This document shows, piece by piece, positions 26,501 through 41,300 of a stretch of DNA of 64,000 nt. The notes under the pieces are model-generated. The model searched no databases, was not told the DNA's origin, and was given only the letters and a program-made list of their open reading frames with translations. Source of the DNA: Haplodiscus bocki (Eukaryota); assembly GCA_965655095.1 (NCBI GenBank), contig OZ296654.1, forward strand, positions 26,846,001 to 26,910,000, in the 5' to 3' direction. The position numbers and the translations under genes were made by a program. Numbering within the stretch: position 1 is the first letter of the stretch; each line of letters starts with the position of its first letter.

Positions 26501-29500
26501 TATGCGTATTGACGCCTTGGGAAAACTGCTCATCTTTATGGCGACAGTTCTGTGAAAATTTGGCTCAATTGAAAATCAACTTTCAAACCTCTATCACAAT
26601 TCAGACCTTAGTTTTTGAACTTTTCGGACTCCGGGAGTAGTTTTTCGTCTAAACTAACAATTGTTTTACATGATGTGAATGTGAAAGCACAAAGAAGTAT
26701 TAGAATAGTACAATAAGTTATTAGCATGTGCAAAAATATCAGGTATGATTTGTTGACTTTTGATTGGCAGATCTATAATGTATAGAAAGAACAATGAAGG
26801 ACTAGTTTTTGACCCTTGTGCCCCCCCGCGTACAATAGCAGCCTAACAAGACAATGTATCCCATATTTGTACATTGTGAAAACGGTTGAAGTGATGTGAG
26901 CGGAACCACTCAAGGACAATATCTATATTGCCGTATTGGTCTGATTTCATCAGTAGTTGGTCGTGGCGTATTGTTTCACACACCTTCTTATCCCACGACA
27001 CTGTAAACGAGGAGTACAGCATTCAGCATACAAGCGCCTTGAACTCTAAAGTTTTCTCGACAATGCCGTAGGTTTTCCTCACACTTCATACACTTATTTT
27101 TTCTTACAGATCATATATGATTTTAGCGTAGCTCTTTTGTGCAGATTATCAACTATACGTTGTTTAATATACCGAAAAACTTTTCTTTGTTCTTCATCAT
27201 TTCTCTGATCCTTACAAATCCACAATCCTTAGTTTTCGCAAATGTGAGCAAAGCATCAAATTAGACCCTCCAAAGTCTAAGCGGCCTATCCATGCGCGCC
27301 TTAAAGCAAAAATGTTCAAATTTTGTACCATAAAGTTTTTACCGATAACACAGTTCCCGTTTGTTTTTCTGATCAGTGATTGAACAATAGGCTATGTGAG
27401 TTTCTTGTTGTGATCTGGTATTGCAATTTGGTCTAACTGAAAGAAGGAACCAAATTCCATCTGATATATCAAAAATAGTCTTTGCAACTTGTCTGTTATT
27501 TGGGGGGATTGCAGTCTGCTGGAATTTAATCTCGAGTAGAGGCAGAAATTCGAGGGTTCCATATCGAACAAGCTATTTAGACGACAGTTTGAAGACAGTG
27601 AACATTCAGTTTTCAGATGAAAATTCAAAAGTCTTTAGACCTTTTTTTGATACACATTAAATACCTTGTATGTTGCAATGAAGACGTAAAAATTATCAGT
27701 TTTCTTTCGGAACAAACTTCTCGCAGAATTATTCTCTGCAGTTTCATGTTGGATACACTTTATTGTAGAAGTGTTTCCACAGGTTTAAAACCCGTCAGAA
27801 AAAAATTTCAATGTACGTTTTCTATTAAGTAGTTGAGTACGACCGGTATGCGTATTGACGCCTTGGGAAAACTGCTCATCTTTATGGCGACAGTTCTGTG
27901 AAAATTTGGCTCAATTGAAAATCAACTTTCAAACATCTATCACAATTCAGACCTTAGTTTTTGAACTTTTCGGACTCCGGGAGTAGTTTTTCGTCTAAAC
28001 TAACAATTGTTTTACATGATGTGAATGTGAAAGCACAAAGAAGTATTAGAATAGTACAATAAGGTATTAGCATGTGCAAAAATATCAGGTATGATTTGTT
28101 GACTTTTGATTGGCAGATCTATAATGTATAGAAAGAACAATGAAGGACTAGTTTTTGACCCTTGTGCCCCCCCGCGTACAATAGCAGCCTAACAAGACAA
28201 TGTATCCCATATTTGTACATTGTGAAAACGGTTGAAGTAATGTGAGCGGAACCACTCAAGGACAATATCTATATTGCCGTATTGGTCTGATTTCATCAGT
28301 AGTTGGTCGTGGTGTATTGTTTCACACACCTTCTTATCCCACGACACTGTAAACGAGGGGTACAGCATTTAGCATACAAGCGCCTTGAACTCTAATGTTT
28401 TCTCGACGATGCCATAGGTTTTCCTCACACTTCATACACTTATGTTTTCTTACAGATCATATATGATTTTAGCGTAGCTCTTTTGTGCAGATTACCAACT
28501 ATACGTTGTTTAGAAAACCGAAAAACGTTTCTTTGTTCTTCATCATTTCTCTGATCCTTACAAATCCACAATCCTTAGGTTTCACAAATGTGAGCAAAGC
28601 ATCAAATTAGACCCTCCAAAGTCTAAGCGGCCTATCCATGCGCGCCTTAAAGCAAAAATGTTCAAATTTTGTACCATAAAGTTTTTACCGATAACACAGT
28701 TCCCGTTTGTTTTTCTGATCAATGTTTGAACAATAGGCTATGTGAGTTTCTTGTTGTGATGTGGTATTGCAATTTGGTCTAACTGAAAGAAAAAAACCAA
28801 ATTCCATCTGGTATATCAAAAATAGTCTTTGCAACTTGTCTGTCATTTGGGGGGATTGCAGTCTGCTGGAATTTAATCTCGAGTAGAGGCAGAAATTCGA
28901 GGGTTCCATATCGAACAAACTATTTAGACGACAGTTTGAAGACAGCCAACATTCAGTATTCGGATGAATTTTCAAAATTTTTTAGACCCTTTTTTGGTTC
29001 ACAGTAAGGACATTATATGTTGCAATAAAGAAGTTAACATTATTAGTTTTCTTTTCTGAACACACTTCTCGCAGAACTCTTCTCTGCAGTTTTAATTTGG
29101 ACACACTTTATTGTAGAAGTGTTTCTACAGTTTTGAAACCCTTCAGAAATCGAGTTTTCAATGTACGTTTTCTAAAAAGTGTTCGAATACCACTAGTATA
29201 CGTATTGACGCATTGGAAAAACTATTCATAATTGTGGCGAAAGTTTTGTGAAACTTTTGCTCAATTGAAACTCAACTATAAAACTTCTATCACGAGTCAG
29301 ACCTTAGTTTCTGAACTTTTCGGGCTCCGGGAGTAGTTTTTCGTCTAAAATAACAATTGTTTTACATGATGTGAATGTGAAAGCACAAAGAAGTATTAGA
29401 CTAGTACAATAAGTTATTAGCATGTGCAAAAATATCAGGTATGATTTGTTGACTTTTGATTGGCAGATCTATAATGTATAGAAAGAACAACAAAGGACTA

Positions 29501-32200
29501 GTTTTTGACCCTTGTGCCCCCCCCCCCCCGCGTACAATAGCAGCCTAACAAGACAATGTATCCCATTTTTGTACATTGTGAAAACGGTTGAAGTGATGTG
29601 AGCGGAACCACTCAAGGACAAAATCTATATTGCCGTATTGGTCTGATTTCATCAGTAGTTGGTCGTGGTATATTGTTTCACACACCTTCTTATCCCACGA
29701 CACTGTAAACGAGGGGTACAGCATTCTGCATACAAGCGCATTGAACTTTAAAGTTTTCTCGACGATGCCGTAGGTTTTCCTCACACTTCATACACTAATG
29801 TTTTCTTACATATCATTTATGAAGTTAGCGTAGCTCTTTTGTGCAGATTACCAACTATACGTTGTTTCATATACCGAAAAACGTTTCTTTGTTCTTCTTC
29901 ATTTCTCTGATCCTTACAAGTTCACAATCCTTAGGTTTCACAAATGTGAGCAAAGCATCAAATTAGACCCTCCAAAGTCTAAGCGGCCTATACATGCGCG
30001 CCCTCAAGCAAAAAAGTTCAAATTTTGTACCATAAAGTTTTTACCGATAACACAGTTCCCCTTTGTTTTTCTGATCAATGTTTGAACAATAGGCTATGTG
30101 AGTTTTTTGTTGTGATCTGGTATTGCAATTTGGTCTAACTGAAAGAAGGAACCAAATTCTATCTGGTATATCAAAAATAGTCTTTGCAACTTGTCTGTTA
30201 TTTAGGGGGATTGCTGTTGGCTGGAATTTAATCTCGAGTAGAGGCAGAAATTCGAGGGTTCCATATCGAACAAGCTATTTAGACGACAGTTTGAAGACAG
30301 TCGACATTCAGTATTCGGATGAAAATTCAAAAGTCTTTAGACCTTTTTTTGATACACAATAAATACCTTATAGGTTGCAATAAGGACGTAAACATTATCA
30401 GTTTTCTTTTCCGAACAAACTTCTCGCAGAAAAATACTCTGCAGTTTCAAGTTGGATACACTTTATTGTAGAAGTGTTTCCACAGATTTAAAACCCGTCA
30501 GAAAAAAGTTTCAATGTACGTTTTCTAGTAAGTATTTGAGTACGACCGGTATACGTATTGACGCCGTGGAAAAACTGCTATCTTTATGGCGACAGTTCTA
30601 TGAAAATTTGGCTCAATTGGAAATCAACTTTCAAACCTCTATCACAATTCAGACCTTAGTTTTTGAACTTTTCGGACTCCGCGAGTAGTTTTTCGTCTAA
30701 ACTAACAATTGTTTTACATGATGTGAATGTGAAAGCACAAAGAAGTATTAGAATAGTACAATAAGTTATTAGCATGTGCAAAAATATCAGGTATGATTTG
30801 TTGACTTTTGATTGGCAGATCTATAATGTATAGAAAGAACAATAAAGGACTAGTTTTTGACCCTTGTGCCACCCCCCCCCCCCGCGTACAATAGCAGCCT
30901 AACAAGACAATGTATCCCATATTTGTACATTGTGGAAACGGTTGAAGTGATGTGAGCGGAACCACTCGAGGACAAAATCAATATTGCCGTATTGGTCTGA
31001 TTTCATCAGTAGTTGGTCGTGGTATATTGTTTCACACACCTTCTTATCCCACGACACTGTAAACGAGGAGTACAGCATTCAGCATTCAAGCGCCTTGAAC
31101 TCTAAAGTTTTCTCGACGATGCCGTAGGTTTTCCTCACACTTCATACACTTATGTTTTCTTACAGATCATATATGATTTTAGCCTAGCTCTTTTGTGCAG
31201 ATTACCAACTATACGTTGTTTAATATACCGAAAAACCATTCTTTTTTCTTCATCATTTCTCTGATCCTTACAAATCCACAATCCTTAGGTTTCACAAATG
31301 TGAGCAAAGCATCAAATTAGACCCTCCAAAGTCTAAGCGGCCTATCCATGCGCGCCTTAAAGCAAAAATGTTCAAATTTTGTACCATAAAGTTTTTACCG
31401 ATAACACAGTTCCCGTTTGTTTTTCTGATCAATGATTGAACAATAGGCTATGTGAGTTTCTTGTTGTGATCTGGTATTGCAATTTGGTCTAACTGAAAGA
31501 AGGAACCAAATTCCATCTGATATATCAAAAATAGTCTTTGCAACTTGTCTGTTATTTGGGGGGATTGCAGTCTGCTGGAATTTAATCTCGAGTAGAGGCA
31601 GAAATTCGAGGTTTCCATATAGAACAAGCTATTTAGACGACAGTTTGAAGACAGCCAACATTCAGTATTCGGATGAATTTTCAAAATTTTTTAGACCCTT
31701 TTTTGGTTCTCAGTAAGGACATTATATGTTGCAATAAGGCCATAAACATTATCAGTTTTCTTTTCGGAACAAACTTCTCGCATGATTATTCTCTGCAGTT
31801 TCAAAATGGATACACTTTATTGTAGAAGTGTTTCCACAGATTTAAAACCCGTCAGAAAAAAAAAGATTTGAATATACATTTTCTAGTAAGTATTTGAGTA
31901 CGACCGGTATACGTATTGACGCCTTGGGAAAACTGCTCATAATTATGGCGACAGTTCTGTGAAACTTTGGCTCAATTGAAAATCAACTTTCAAAGCTCTT
32001 TCACTATTCAGACCTTTGTTTTTGAACTTTCTGGAACGCAGGAGTAGTTTTTCATCTGAACTAACATTTGTTTTACATGATGTGAATGTGAAAGCACAAA
32101 GAAGTATTAGACTAGTACAATAAGTTATTAGCATGTGCAAAAATATCAGGTATGATTTGTTGACTTTTGATTGGCAGATCTATAATGTATAGAAAGAACA
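17600..32200. repeat. Homogenised short-monomer subfamily A block (interrupted by B-type monomers at ~20.2-22.5 kb)
   Basis: Diagnostic strings caatgtatcccatatttgtac, ccacaatccttagg and aaattagaccctccaaagtctaag recur with a ~1346-1357 bp period. Confidence 0.8.
19845..20261 (-). pseudogene. RT-derived monomer segment (short form)
   Basis: SLDKKVCDTNYHDQLLMKSDQYGIRGVAF... plus the overlapping frame GSKPSPLLFFLYIFDLPIKSQQIIPDIFAHANNLLY. Confidence 0.85.
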
Positions 32201-32399
32201 ACAAAGGACTAGGTTTTGACCCTCCCCCCCCCCTGCGTACAATAGCAGCCTAAGTAAGAAGAAAATGTATCCCCATTTTTACATTGCGAAAACGGTTGAA
32301 AAGATGTGAGCTGAACGACTGAAAAGCAACACCTCTGATGCCGTATTGGTCTGATTTCATCAGTAGTTGGTCGTGGTATTTTCTTTCGCACAACTTCTT

Positions 32400-35300
32400 A
32401 TCCAATAACACTGTAAACGAGGGGTACAGCATTCAGCATACAAACGAGCTGAAATCTGAATTTTTCTGCACGAAGCCGTAAGTTTTCCTCACAATTCCTA
32501 AATTTGTGTTTTCCTATAGATCATATAAGATTTTAGCCTAGCTCTTTTATGCAGATTACCAGCTGTACGTTGCTTTTTATACCGATAAACTATACATTGT
32601 TCTTCATTATTTCTCTGGTCCTTACAAATCCAAGATCCTTAAGATTCACATACGTGAGCAAAGCATCAAAGTGGACACTCCAAAGCCTAAATGGCTTCTT
32701 CTTGGGCGCACTAAAAACCAAAAAAAGTACAAATTTTGTACTACAAAGGCTTTTACTGATAACGCATTTCCCCAGTCTACTTCTGATCCAACTTTGAACA
32801 TTACGCTATGTGAGTTTTTTTGTGTTCTGGTATTGCTAATTGGTCTAACTAAAAAAGGAACAAACTTCCATTTGGTATGTCAAAACTAGTCTTTGCAACT
32901 TGTTTGTTATTTGAGGGATTGCAATCTGCTGAAATTTAATCTCGAGTAGAGGCAGAAATTCGAGGGTTCCATATAGAACAAGTTTTTTAGACGACAGTTT
33001 GAAGACAGCCAACATTCAGTATTCGGATGAATTTTCAAAAATTTTCAGACCCTTTTTTGGTTCACAGTAAGGACATTATATGTTGCAATAAAGAAGTTAA
33101 CATCATCAGTTTTCTTTTCGGAACAAACGTCTCGCAGAACTATTCTCTGCAGTTTCAAATTGGATACACTTTATTGTAGAAGTGTTTCCACAAATTTGAA
33201 ACCGATCAGAAAAAGAATTTTCAATGTAAGTTTTCTAGTATTTATTCGAATACGACCGGTATATGTTTTGACGCATTGGGAAAACTATTCATAATTGTGG
33301 CGAAAGTTTTGTGAAACTTTTGCTCAATTGAAACTCAACTATCAAACCTCCCTCACTATTTAAAACTTAGTTTTTGAACTTTTCTGACTCCGGGTGTAAT
33401 TTTTCGTCTGAAATAACAATTGTTTTATATGATACGAATGTAAAAGCACAAAGAGTCATTAGGCTCGTACAGTAAGTTAGTACCATGTGCCAAAACGTCA
33501 AGTAAGATGTGTTGATTTTTTCCTGCAGATCATTAAGCTATTGAGTAAACAACACAGGACTAATTATCGACGTTATGGAAACCACGTAAACCCCGGGCAT
33601 ACAGTGGAAGCCCAACCCGATAAACTATCACCAACTGTGAAGCCGAATGAAGAGATAAGAACGGAACCACTCAAGGGCAACACCTCTAATTCCGTATTGT
33701 TCTGATTTCATCACTAGTAGGGAGTGGTGTTTTGTTTCACACACCTTCTTATCCCATGACACTGTAAACGAGGGTACAGCATTCATCATACAAACGAGCT
33801 GAAATCTGAATTTTCCTGCACGAATCCGTAAATTTTCCTCACATTTCCTAAACCTAGGTTCTCCTACAGATCATATAAGATTTTAGCCTAGCTCTTTTAT
33901 GCAGATTACCAACTATTCTTTGCGTTTTTTACCGATAAACTATACATTGTTCTTCATTATTTTTCTGGTCCTCACAAATCCAAGATCCTTATGATTCATA
34001 TACGTGAGCAAAGCATCAAAGTGGACACTCCAAAGCCTATATGGTTTAATCATGGGCTCATAAAAACCAAAACAAGTAAAAATTTTTTACCAAAAAGGCT
34101 TTTACCGATAACACATTTCCCCAGTATTCTTCTGATCCAACTTTGAACATTACGCTAGGTGAGTTTTTTTGTGAGCTGGTATCGCTATTTGGTCTAACTA
34201 AAAAAGGAACAATTTTCCATTAGTTATGTCAGAACTAGTCTTTGCAACTTGTTTGTTATTTGGGGGGATTGCAGTCTGCTGGAAGTTAATCTCGAGTAGA
34301 GAGAGAAAATTGAGGCTTCCATATAGAACAAGCTCTTCAGACGACAGTTTGAAGACAGCCAACATTCAGTATTCGGATAAATTTTCAAAATTTTTTAGAC
34401 CCTTTTTTGATACACAGTAAGTACCTTATAAGTTTCAATAAAGAAGTTAACATTATCAGTTTTCTTTTCGGCACATACTTCTCGCAGAACTATTCTCTGC
34501 AGTTTTAATTTGGACACACTTTATTGTAGAAGTGTTTCTAGAGTTTTGAAACCCTTCAGAAATAGAGTTTTCAATGTACGTTTTTTAAAAAGTGTTGGAA
34601 TACGACTGGTATACGTATTGACGCATTGGAAAAACTACTCATATTTGTGGTGACAGTTTTGTGAAAAATTTGCTCAATTGAAACTCAACTATCAAACCTC
34701 CCTGACTATTTAAACCTTAGTTTTTGAACTTTTCGGACTCCGGGAGTAGTTTTTCGTCTAAAATAACAATTGTTTTACATGATATGAATGTCAAAGCACC
34801 AAGAATCAATAGACTCGTACAATAAGTTAGTACCTTGTGCCAAAACGTCAAGTAATGTGTGTTGATTTTTTTGGCAGATCAATTAGCTATTGAGTGAACA
34901 ACAAAGGACTGATTTTCGACCGTTATGAAAACCACCTAAACCCCCGGGCATACAGTGCAAGCCCAACCCGAGAAATTATCACCAACGTCTACAATGTGAC
35001 GCCGAATGAAGAGGTAAGAACCGAACCACTCAAGGGCAACACCTCTAATTCCGTATTGTTCTGATTTCACCACTAGTAGGGCGTGGTCTATTGTTTCACA
35101 CACTTTCTTATCCCACGACACTGTAAACGAGGGGTCCAGCATTCAGCATACAAACGCGCTGAAATCTGAAATTTTCTGCACGACGCCGTAAGTTTTCCTC
35201 ACAATTCCTAAATTTGTGTTTTCCTACAGATCATATAAGATTTTAGCCTAGCTCTTTTATGCAGATTACCAACTATACGTTGCTTTTTATACCAATAGAC

Positions 35301-38300
35301 TGTACATTGTTCTTCATTATTTCTCTGGTCCTTACAAATCCAAGATCCTTATCATTCATATACGTGAGCAAAGCATCAAAGTGGACATTCCAAAGCCTAA
35401 ACGGCTTATTCATGGGCGCACTAAAAAGCAAAAAAATTACAAATTTTGTACCAAAATGCTTTTACCGATAACACATTTCCCCAGTATTGTTCTGATCCAA
35501 CTTTGAGCATTACGCTAGGTGAGTTTTTTTGTGAGCTGGTATCGCTATTTGGTCTAACTAAAAAAGGAACAATTTTCCATTAGTTATGTCAAAACTAGTC
35601 TTTGCAACTTGTTTGTTATTTGGGGGGATTGCAGTCTGCTGGAAGTTAATCTCGAGTAGAGAGAGAAAATTGAGGCTTCCATATCGAACAAGCTATTTAG
35701 ACGACAGTTTGAAAACAGCAAACATTCAGTTTTCGGATGACTTTTCAAAAGTTTTTAGACCCTTTTTTGGTACACAATAAGGACATTATATGTTTCAATA
35801 AAGAAGTTAACATTACCAGTTTTCTTTTCGGAACATACTTCTCGCAGAACTATTCTCTGCAGTTTTAGTTTGGACACAATTTATTGTAGAAGTGTTTCCA
35901 CAGTTTTGAAACCCGTCAGAAATAGAGTTTTCAATGTACGTTTTTTAGTAAGTATTCGAATACGACTGGTATACGTATTGACGCATTGGGAAAACTGTTC
36001 ATGTTTGTGGCGACAGTTTTGTGAAACTTTTGTTCAATTGAAACTCAACTTTCAAACCTTCCTCACTGTTTAATCCTTAGTTTTTGAACTCTTTGGACTC
36101 CGGGAGTAGTTTGTTGTCTAAAATAGCAGTTGTTTTACATGATATGAATGTAAAAGCACAAAAAGTCATTAGGCTCGTACAGTAAGTTAGTACCACGTGC
36201 CAAAACGTCAAGTAAGATGTGTTGATTTTTTCCTGCAGATCATTAAGCTATTGAGTAAACAACACAGGACTAATTATCGACGTTATGGAAACCACGTAAA
36301 CCCCGGGCATACAGTGGAAGCCCAACCCGATAAACTATCACCAACTGTGAAGCCGAATGAAGAGATAAGAACGGAACCACTCAAGGGCAACACCTCTAAT
36401 TCCGTATTGTTCTGATTTCATCACTAGTAGGGAGTGGTGTTTTGTTTCACACACCTTCTTATCCCATGACACTGTAAACGAGGGTACAGCATTCATCATA
36501 CAAACGAGCTGAAATCTGAATTTTCCTGCACGAATCCGTAAATTTTCCTCACATTTCCTAAACCTAGGTTCTCCTACAGATCATATAAGATTTTAGCCTA
36601 GCTCTTTTATGCAGATTACCAACTATTCTTTGCGTTTTTTACCGATAAACTATACATTGTTCTTCATTATTTTTCTGGTCCTCACAAATCCAAGATCCTT
36701 ATGATTCATATACGTGAGCAAAGCATCAAAGTGGACACTCCAAAGCCTAAATGGTTTAATCATGGGCTCATAAAAACCAAAACAAGTAAAAATTTTTTAC
36801 CAAAAAGGCTTTTACCGATAACACATTTCACCAGTATTCTTCTGATCCAACTTTGAACATTACGCTATGTGAGTTTTTTTGTGTTCTGGTATTGCTAATT
36901 GGTCTAACTAAAAAAGGAACAAACTTCCATTTGGTATGTCAAAACTAGTCTTTGCAACTTGTTTGATATTTGGGGGGATTGCAGTCTGCTGAAATTTAAT
37001 CTCGAGTAGAGGCAGAAATTCGGGGGTTCCATATAGAACAAGCTGTTTAGACGACAGTTTGAAGACAGCCAACATTCAGTATTCGGATGAATTTTCAAAA
37101 TTTTTTAGACCGTTTTTTGATACACAGTAAGTAGCTTATATGTTTCAATAAAGAAGTTAACATTATCAGTTTTCTTTTCGGAACATACTTTTCGCAGAAC
37201 TATTCTCTGCAGTTTTAGTTTGGACACAATTTATTGTAGAAGTGTTTCCACAGTTTTGAAACCCGTCAGAAATAGAGTTTTCAATGTACGTTTTTTAGTA
37301 AGTATTCGAATACGACTGGTATACGTATTGACGCATTGGGAAAACTGTTCATGTTTGTGGCGACAGTTTTGTGAAACTTTTGTTCAATTGAAACTCAACT
37401 TTCAAACCTTCCTCACTGTTTAAAACTTAGTTTTTGAACTCTTTGGACTCCGGGAGTAGTTTGTTGTCTAAAATAGCAGTTGTTTTACATGATATGAATG
37501 TAAAAGCACAAAGAGTCATTAGGCTCGTACAGTAAGTTAGTACCATGTGCCAAAACGTCAAGTAAGATGTGTTGATTTTTTCCTGCAGATCATTAAGCTA
37601 TTGAGTAAACAACACAGGACTAATTATCGACGTTATGGAAACCACGTAAACCCCGGGCATACAGTGGAAGCCCAACCCGATAAACTATCACCAACTGTGA
37701 AGCCGAATGAAGAGATAAGAACGGAACCACTCAAGGGCAACACCTCTAATTCCGTATTGTTCTGATTTCATCACTAGTAGGGAGTGGTGTTTTGTTTCAC
37801 ACACCTTCTTATCCCATGACACTGTAAACGAGGGTACAGCATTCATCATACAAACGAGCTGAAATCTGAATTTTCCTGCACGAATCCGTAAATTTTCCTC
37901 ACATTTCCTAAACCTAGGTTCTCCTACAGATCATATAAGATTTTAGCCTAGCTCTTTTATGCAGATTACCAACTATTCTTTGCGTTTTTTACCGATAAAC
38001 TATACATTGTTCTTCATTATTTTTCTGGTCCTCACAAATCCAAGATCCTTATGATTCATATACGTGAGCAAAGCATCAAAGTGGACACTCCAAAGCCTAA
38101 ATGGTTTAATCATGGGCGCATAAAAACCAAAACAAGTAAAAATTTTTTACCAAAAAGGCTTTTACCGATAACACATTTCCCCAGTATTCTTCTGATCCAA
38201 CTTTGAACATTACGCTATGTGAGTTTTTTTGTGTTCTGGTATTGCTAATTGGTCTAACTAAAAAAGGAACAAACTTCCATTTGGTATGTCAAAACTAGTC

Positions 38301-41300
38301 TTTGCAACTTGTTTGATATTTGGGGGGATTGCAGTCTGCTGAAATTTAATCTCGAGTAGAGGCAGAAATTCGGGGGTTCCATATAGAACAAGCTGTTTAG
38401 ACGACAGTTTGAAGACAGCCAACATTCAGTATTCGGATGAATTTTCAAAATTTTTTAGACCGTTTTTTGATACACAGTAAGTACCTTATATGTTTCAATA
38501 AAGAAGTTAACATTATCAGTTTTCTTTCCGGAACATACTTCTCGCAGAACTATTCTCTGCAGTTTTAGTTTGGACACAATTTATTGTAGAAGTGTTTCCA
38601 CAGTTTTGAAACCCGTCAGAAATAGAGTTTTCAATGTACGTTTTTTAGTAAGTATTCGAATACGACTGGTATACGTATTGACGCATTGGGAAAACTGTTC
38701 ATGTTTGTGGCGACAGTTTTGTGAAACTTTTGTTCAATTGAAACTCAACTTTCAAACCTTCCTCACTGTTTAATCCTTAATTTTTGAACTCTTTGGACTC
38801 CGGGAGTAGTTTGTTGTCTAAAATAGCAGTTGTTTTACATGATATGAATGTAAAAGCACAAAGAGTCATTAGGCTCGTACAGTAAGTTAGTACCACGTGC
38901 CAAAACGTCAAGTAAGATGTGTTGATTTTTTCCTGCAGATCATTAAGCTATTGAGTAAACAACACAGGACTAATTATCGACGTTATGGAAACCACGTAAA
39001 CCCCGGGCATACAGTGGAAGCCCAACCCGATAAACTATCACCAACTGTGAAGCCGAATGAAGAGATAAGAACGGAACCACTCAAGGGCAACACCTCTAAT
39101 TCCGTATTGTTCTGATTTCATCACTAGTAGGGAGTGGTGTTTTGTTTCACACACCTTCTTATCCCATGACACTGTAAACGAGGGTACAGCATTCATCATA
39201 CAAACGAGCTGAAATCTGAATTTTCCTGCACGAATCCGTAAATTTTCCTCACATTTCCTAAACCTAGGTTCTCCTACAGATCATATAAGATTTTAGCCTA
39301 GCTCTTTTATGCAGATTACCAACTATTCTTTGCGTTTTTTACCGATAAACTATACATTGTTCTTCATTATTTTTCTGGTCCTCACAAATCCAAGATCCTT
39401 ATGATTCATATACGTGAGCAAAGCATCAAAGTGGACACTCCAAAGCCTAAATGGTTTAATCATGGGCGCATAAAAACCAAAACAAGTAAAAATTTTTTAC
39501 CAAAAAGGCTTTTACCGATAACACATTTCCCCAGTATTCTTCTGATCCAAATTTGAACATTACGCTATGTGAGTTTTTTTGTGTTCTGGTATTGCTAATT
39601 GGTCTAACTAAAAAAGGAACAAACTTCCATTTGGTATGTCAAAACTAGTCTTTGCAACTTGTTTGATATTTGGGGGGATTGCAGTCTGCTGAAATTTAAT
39701 CTCGAGTAGAGGCAGAAATTCGGGGGTTCCATATAGAACAAGCTGTTTAGACGACAGTTTGAAGACAGCCAACATTCAGTATTCGGATGAATTTTCAAAA
39801 TTTTTTAGACCGTTTTTTGATACACAGTAAGTACCTTATATGTTTCAATAAAGAAGTTAACATTATCAGTTTTCTTTCCGGAACATGCTTCTCGCAGAAC
39901 TATTCTCTGCAGTTTTAATTTGGACACACTTTATTGTAGAAGAGTTTCTACAGTTTTGAAATCCTCCAGAAATCGAGTTTTCAATGTACGTTTTTTAAAA
40001 AGTGTTCAATTACGACTGGTATACGTATTGACGCATCGGAAAAACTATTCATATTTGTGGTGACAGTTTTGTGAAAAATTTGCTCAATTGAAACTCAACT
40101 ATCAAACCTCCCTGACTATTTAAACCTTAGTTTTTGAACTTTTCGGTCTCCGGGAGTAGTTTTTCGTCTAGAATAACAATTGTTTTACATGATATGAATG
40201 TCAAAGCACCAAGAATCATTAGACTTGTACAATAAGTTAGTACCTTGTGCCAAAACGTCAAGTAAGGTGTGTTGATTTTTTCTGGCAGATCATTTAGCTA
40301 TTGAGTAAACAACAAAGGACTGATTTTCGACCGTTATGGAAACCACCTAAACCCCCGGGCATACAGTGCAAGCCCAACCCGAGAAATTATCACCAACGTC
40401 TACAATGTGAAGCCGAATGAAGAGATAAGAACGGAACCACTCAAGGGCAACACCTCTAATTCCGTATTGTTCTGATTTCATCACTAGTAGGGAGTGGTGT
40501 ATTGTTTCACACACCTTCTTATCCCATGACACTGTAAACGAGGGTACAGCATTCATCATACAAACGAGCTGAAATCTGAATTTTCCTGCACGAATCCGTA
40601 AATTTTCCTCACATTTCCTAAACCTAGGTTCTCCTACAGATCATATAAGATTTTAGCCTAGCTCTTTTATGCAGATTACCAACTATTCTTTGCGTTTTTT
40701 ACCGATAAACTATACATTGTTCTTCATTATTTTTCTGGTCCTCACAAATCCAAGATCCTTATGATTCATATACGTGAGCAAAGCATCAAAGTGGACACTC
40801 CAAAGCCTAAATGGTTTAATCATGGGCGCATAAAAACCAAAACAAGTAAAAATTTTTTACCAAAAAGGCTTTTACCGATAACACATTTCCCCAGTATTCT
40901 TCTGATCCAACTTTGAACATTACGCTATGTGAGTTTTTTTGTGTTCTGGTATTGCTAATTGGTCTAACTAAAAAAGGAACAAACTTCCATTTGGTATGTC
41001 AAAACTAGTCTTTGCAACTTGTTTGATATTTGGGGGGATTGCAGTCTGCTGAAATTTAATCTCGAGTAGAGGCAGAAATTCGGGGGTTCCATATAGAACA
41101 AGCTGTTTAGACGACAGTTTGAAGACAGCCAACATTCAGTATTCGGATGAATTTTCAAAATTTTTTAGACCGTTTTTTGTTACACAGTAAGTACCTTATA
41201 TGTTTCAATAAAGAAGTTAACATTATCAGTTTTCTTTTCGGAACATACTTCTCGCAGAACTATTCTCTGCAGTTTTAATTTGGACACACTTTATTGTAGA

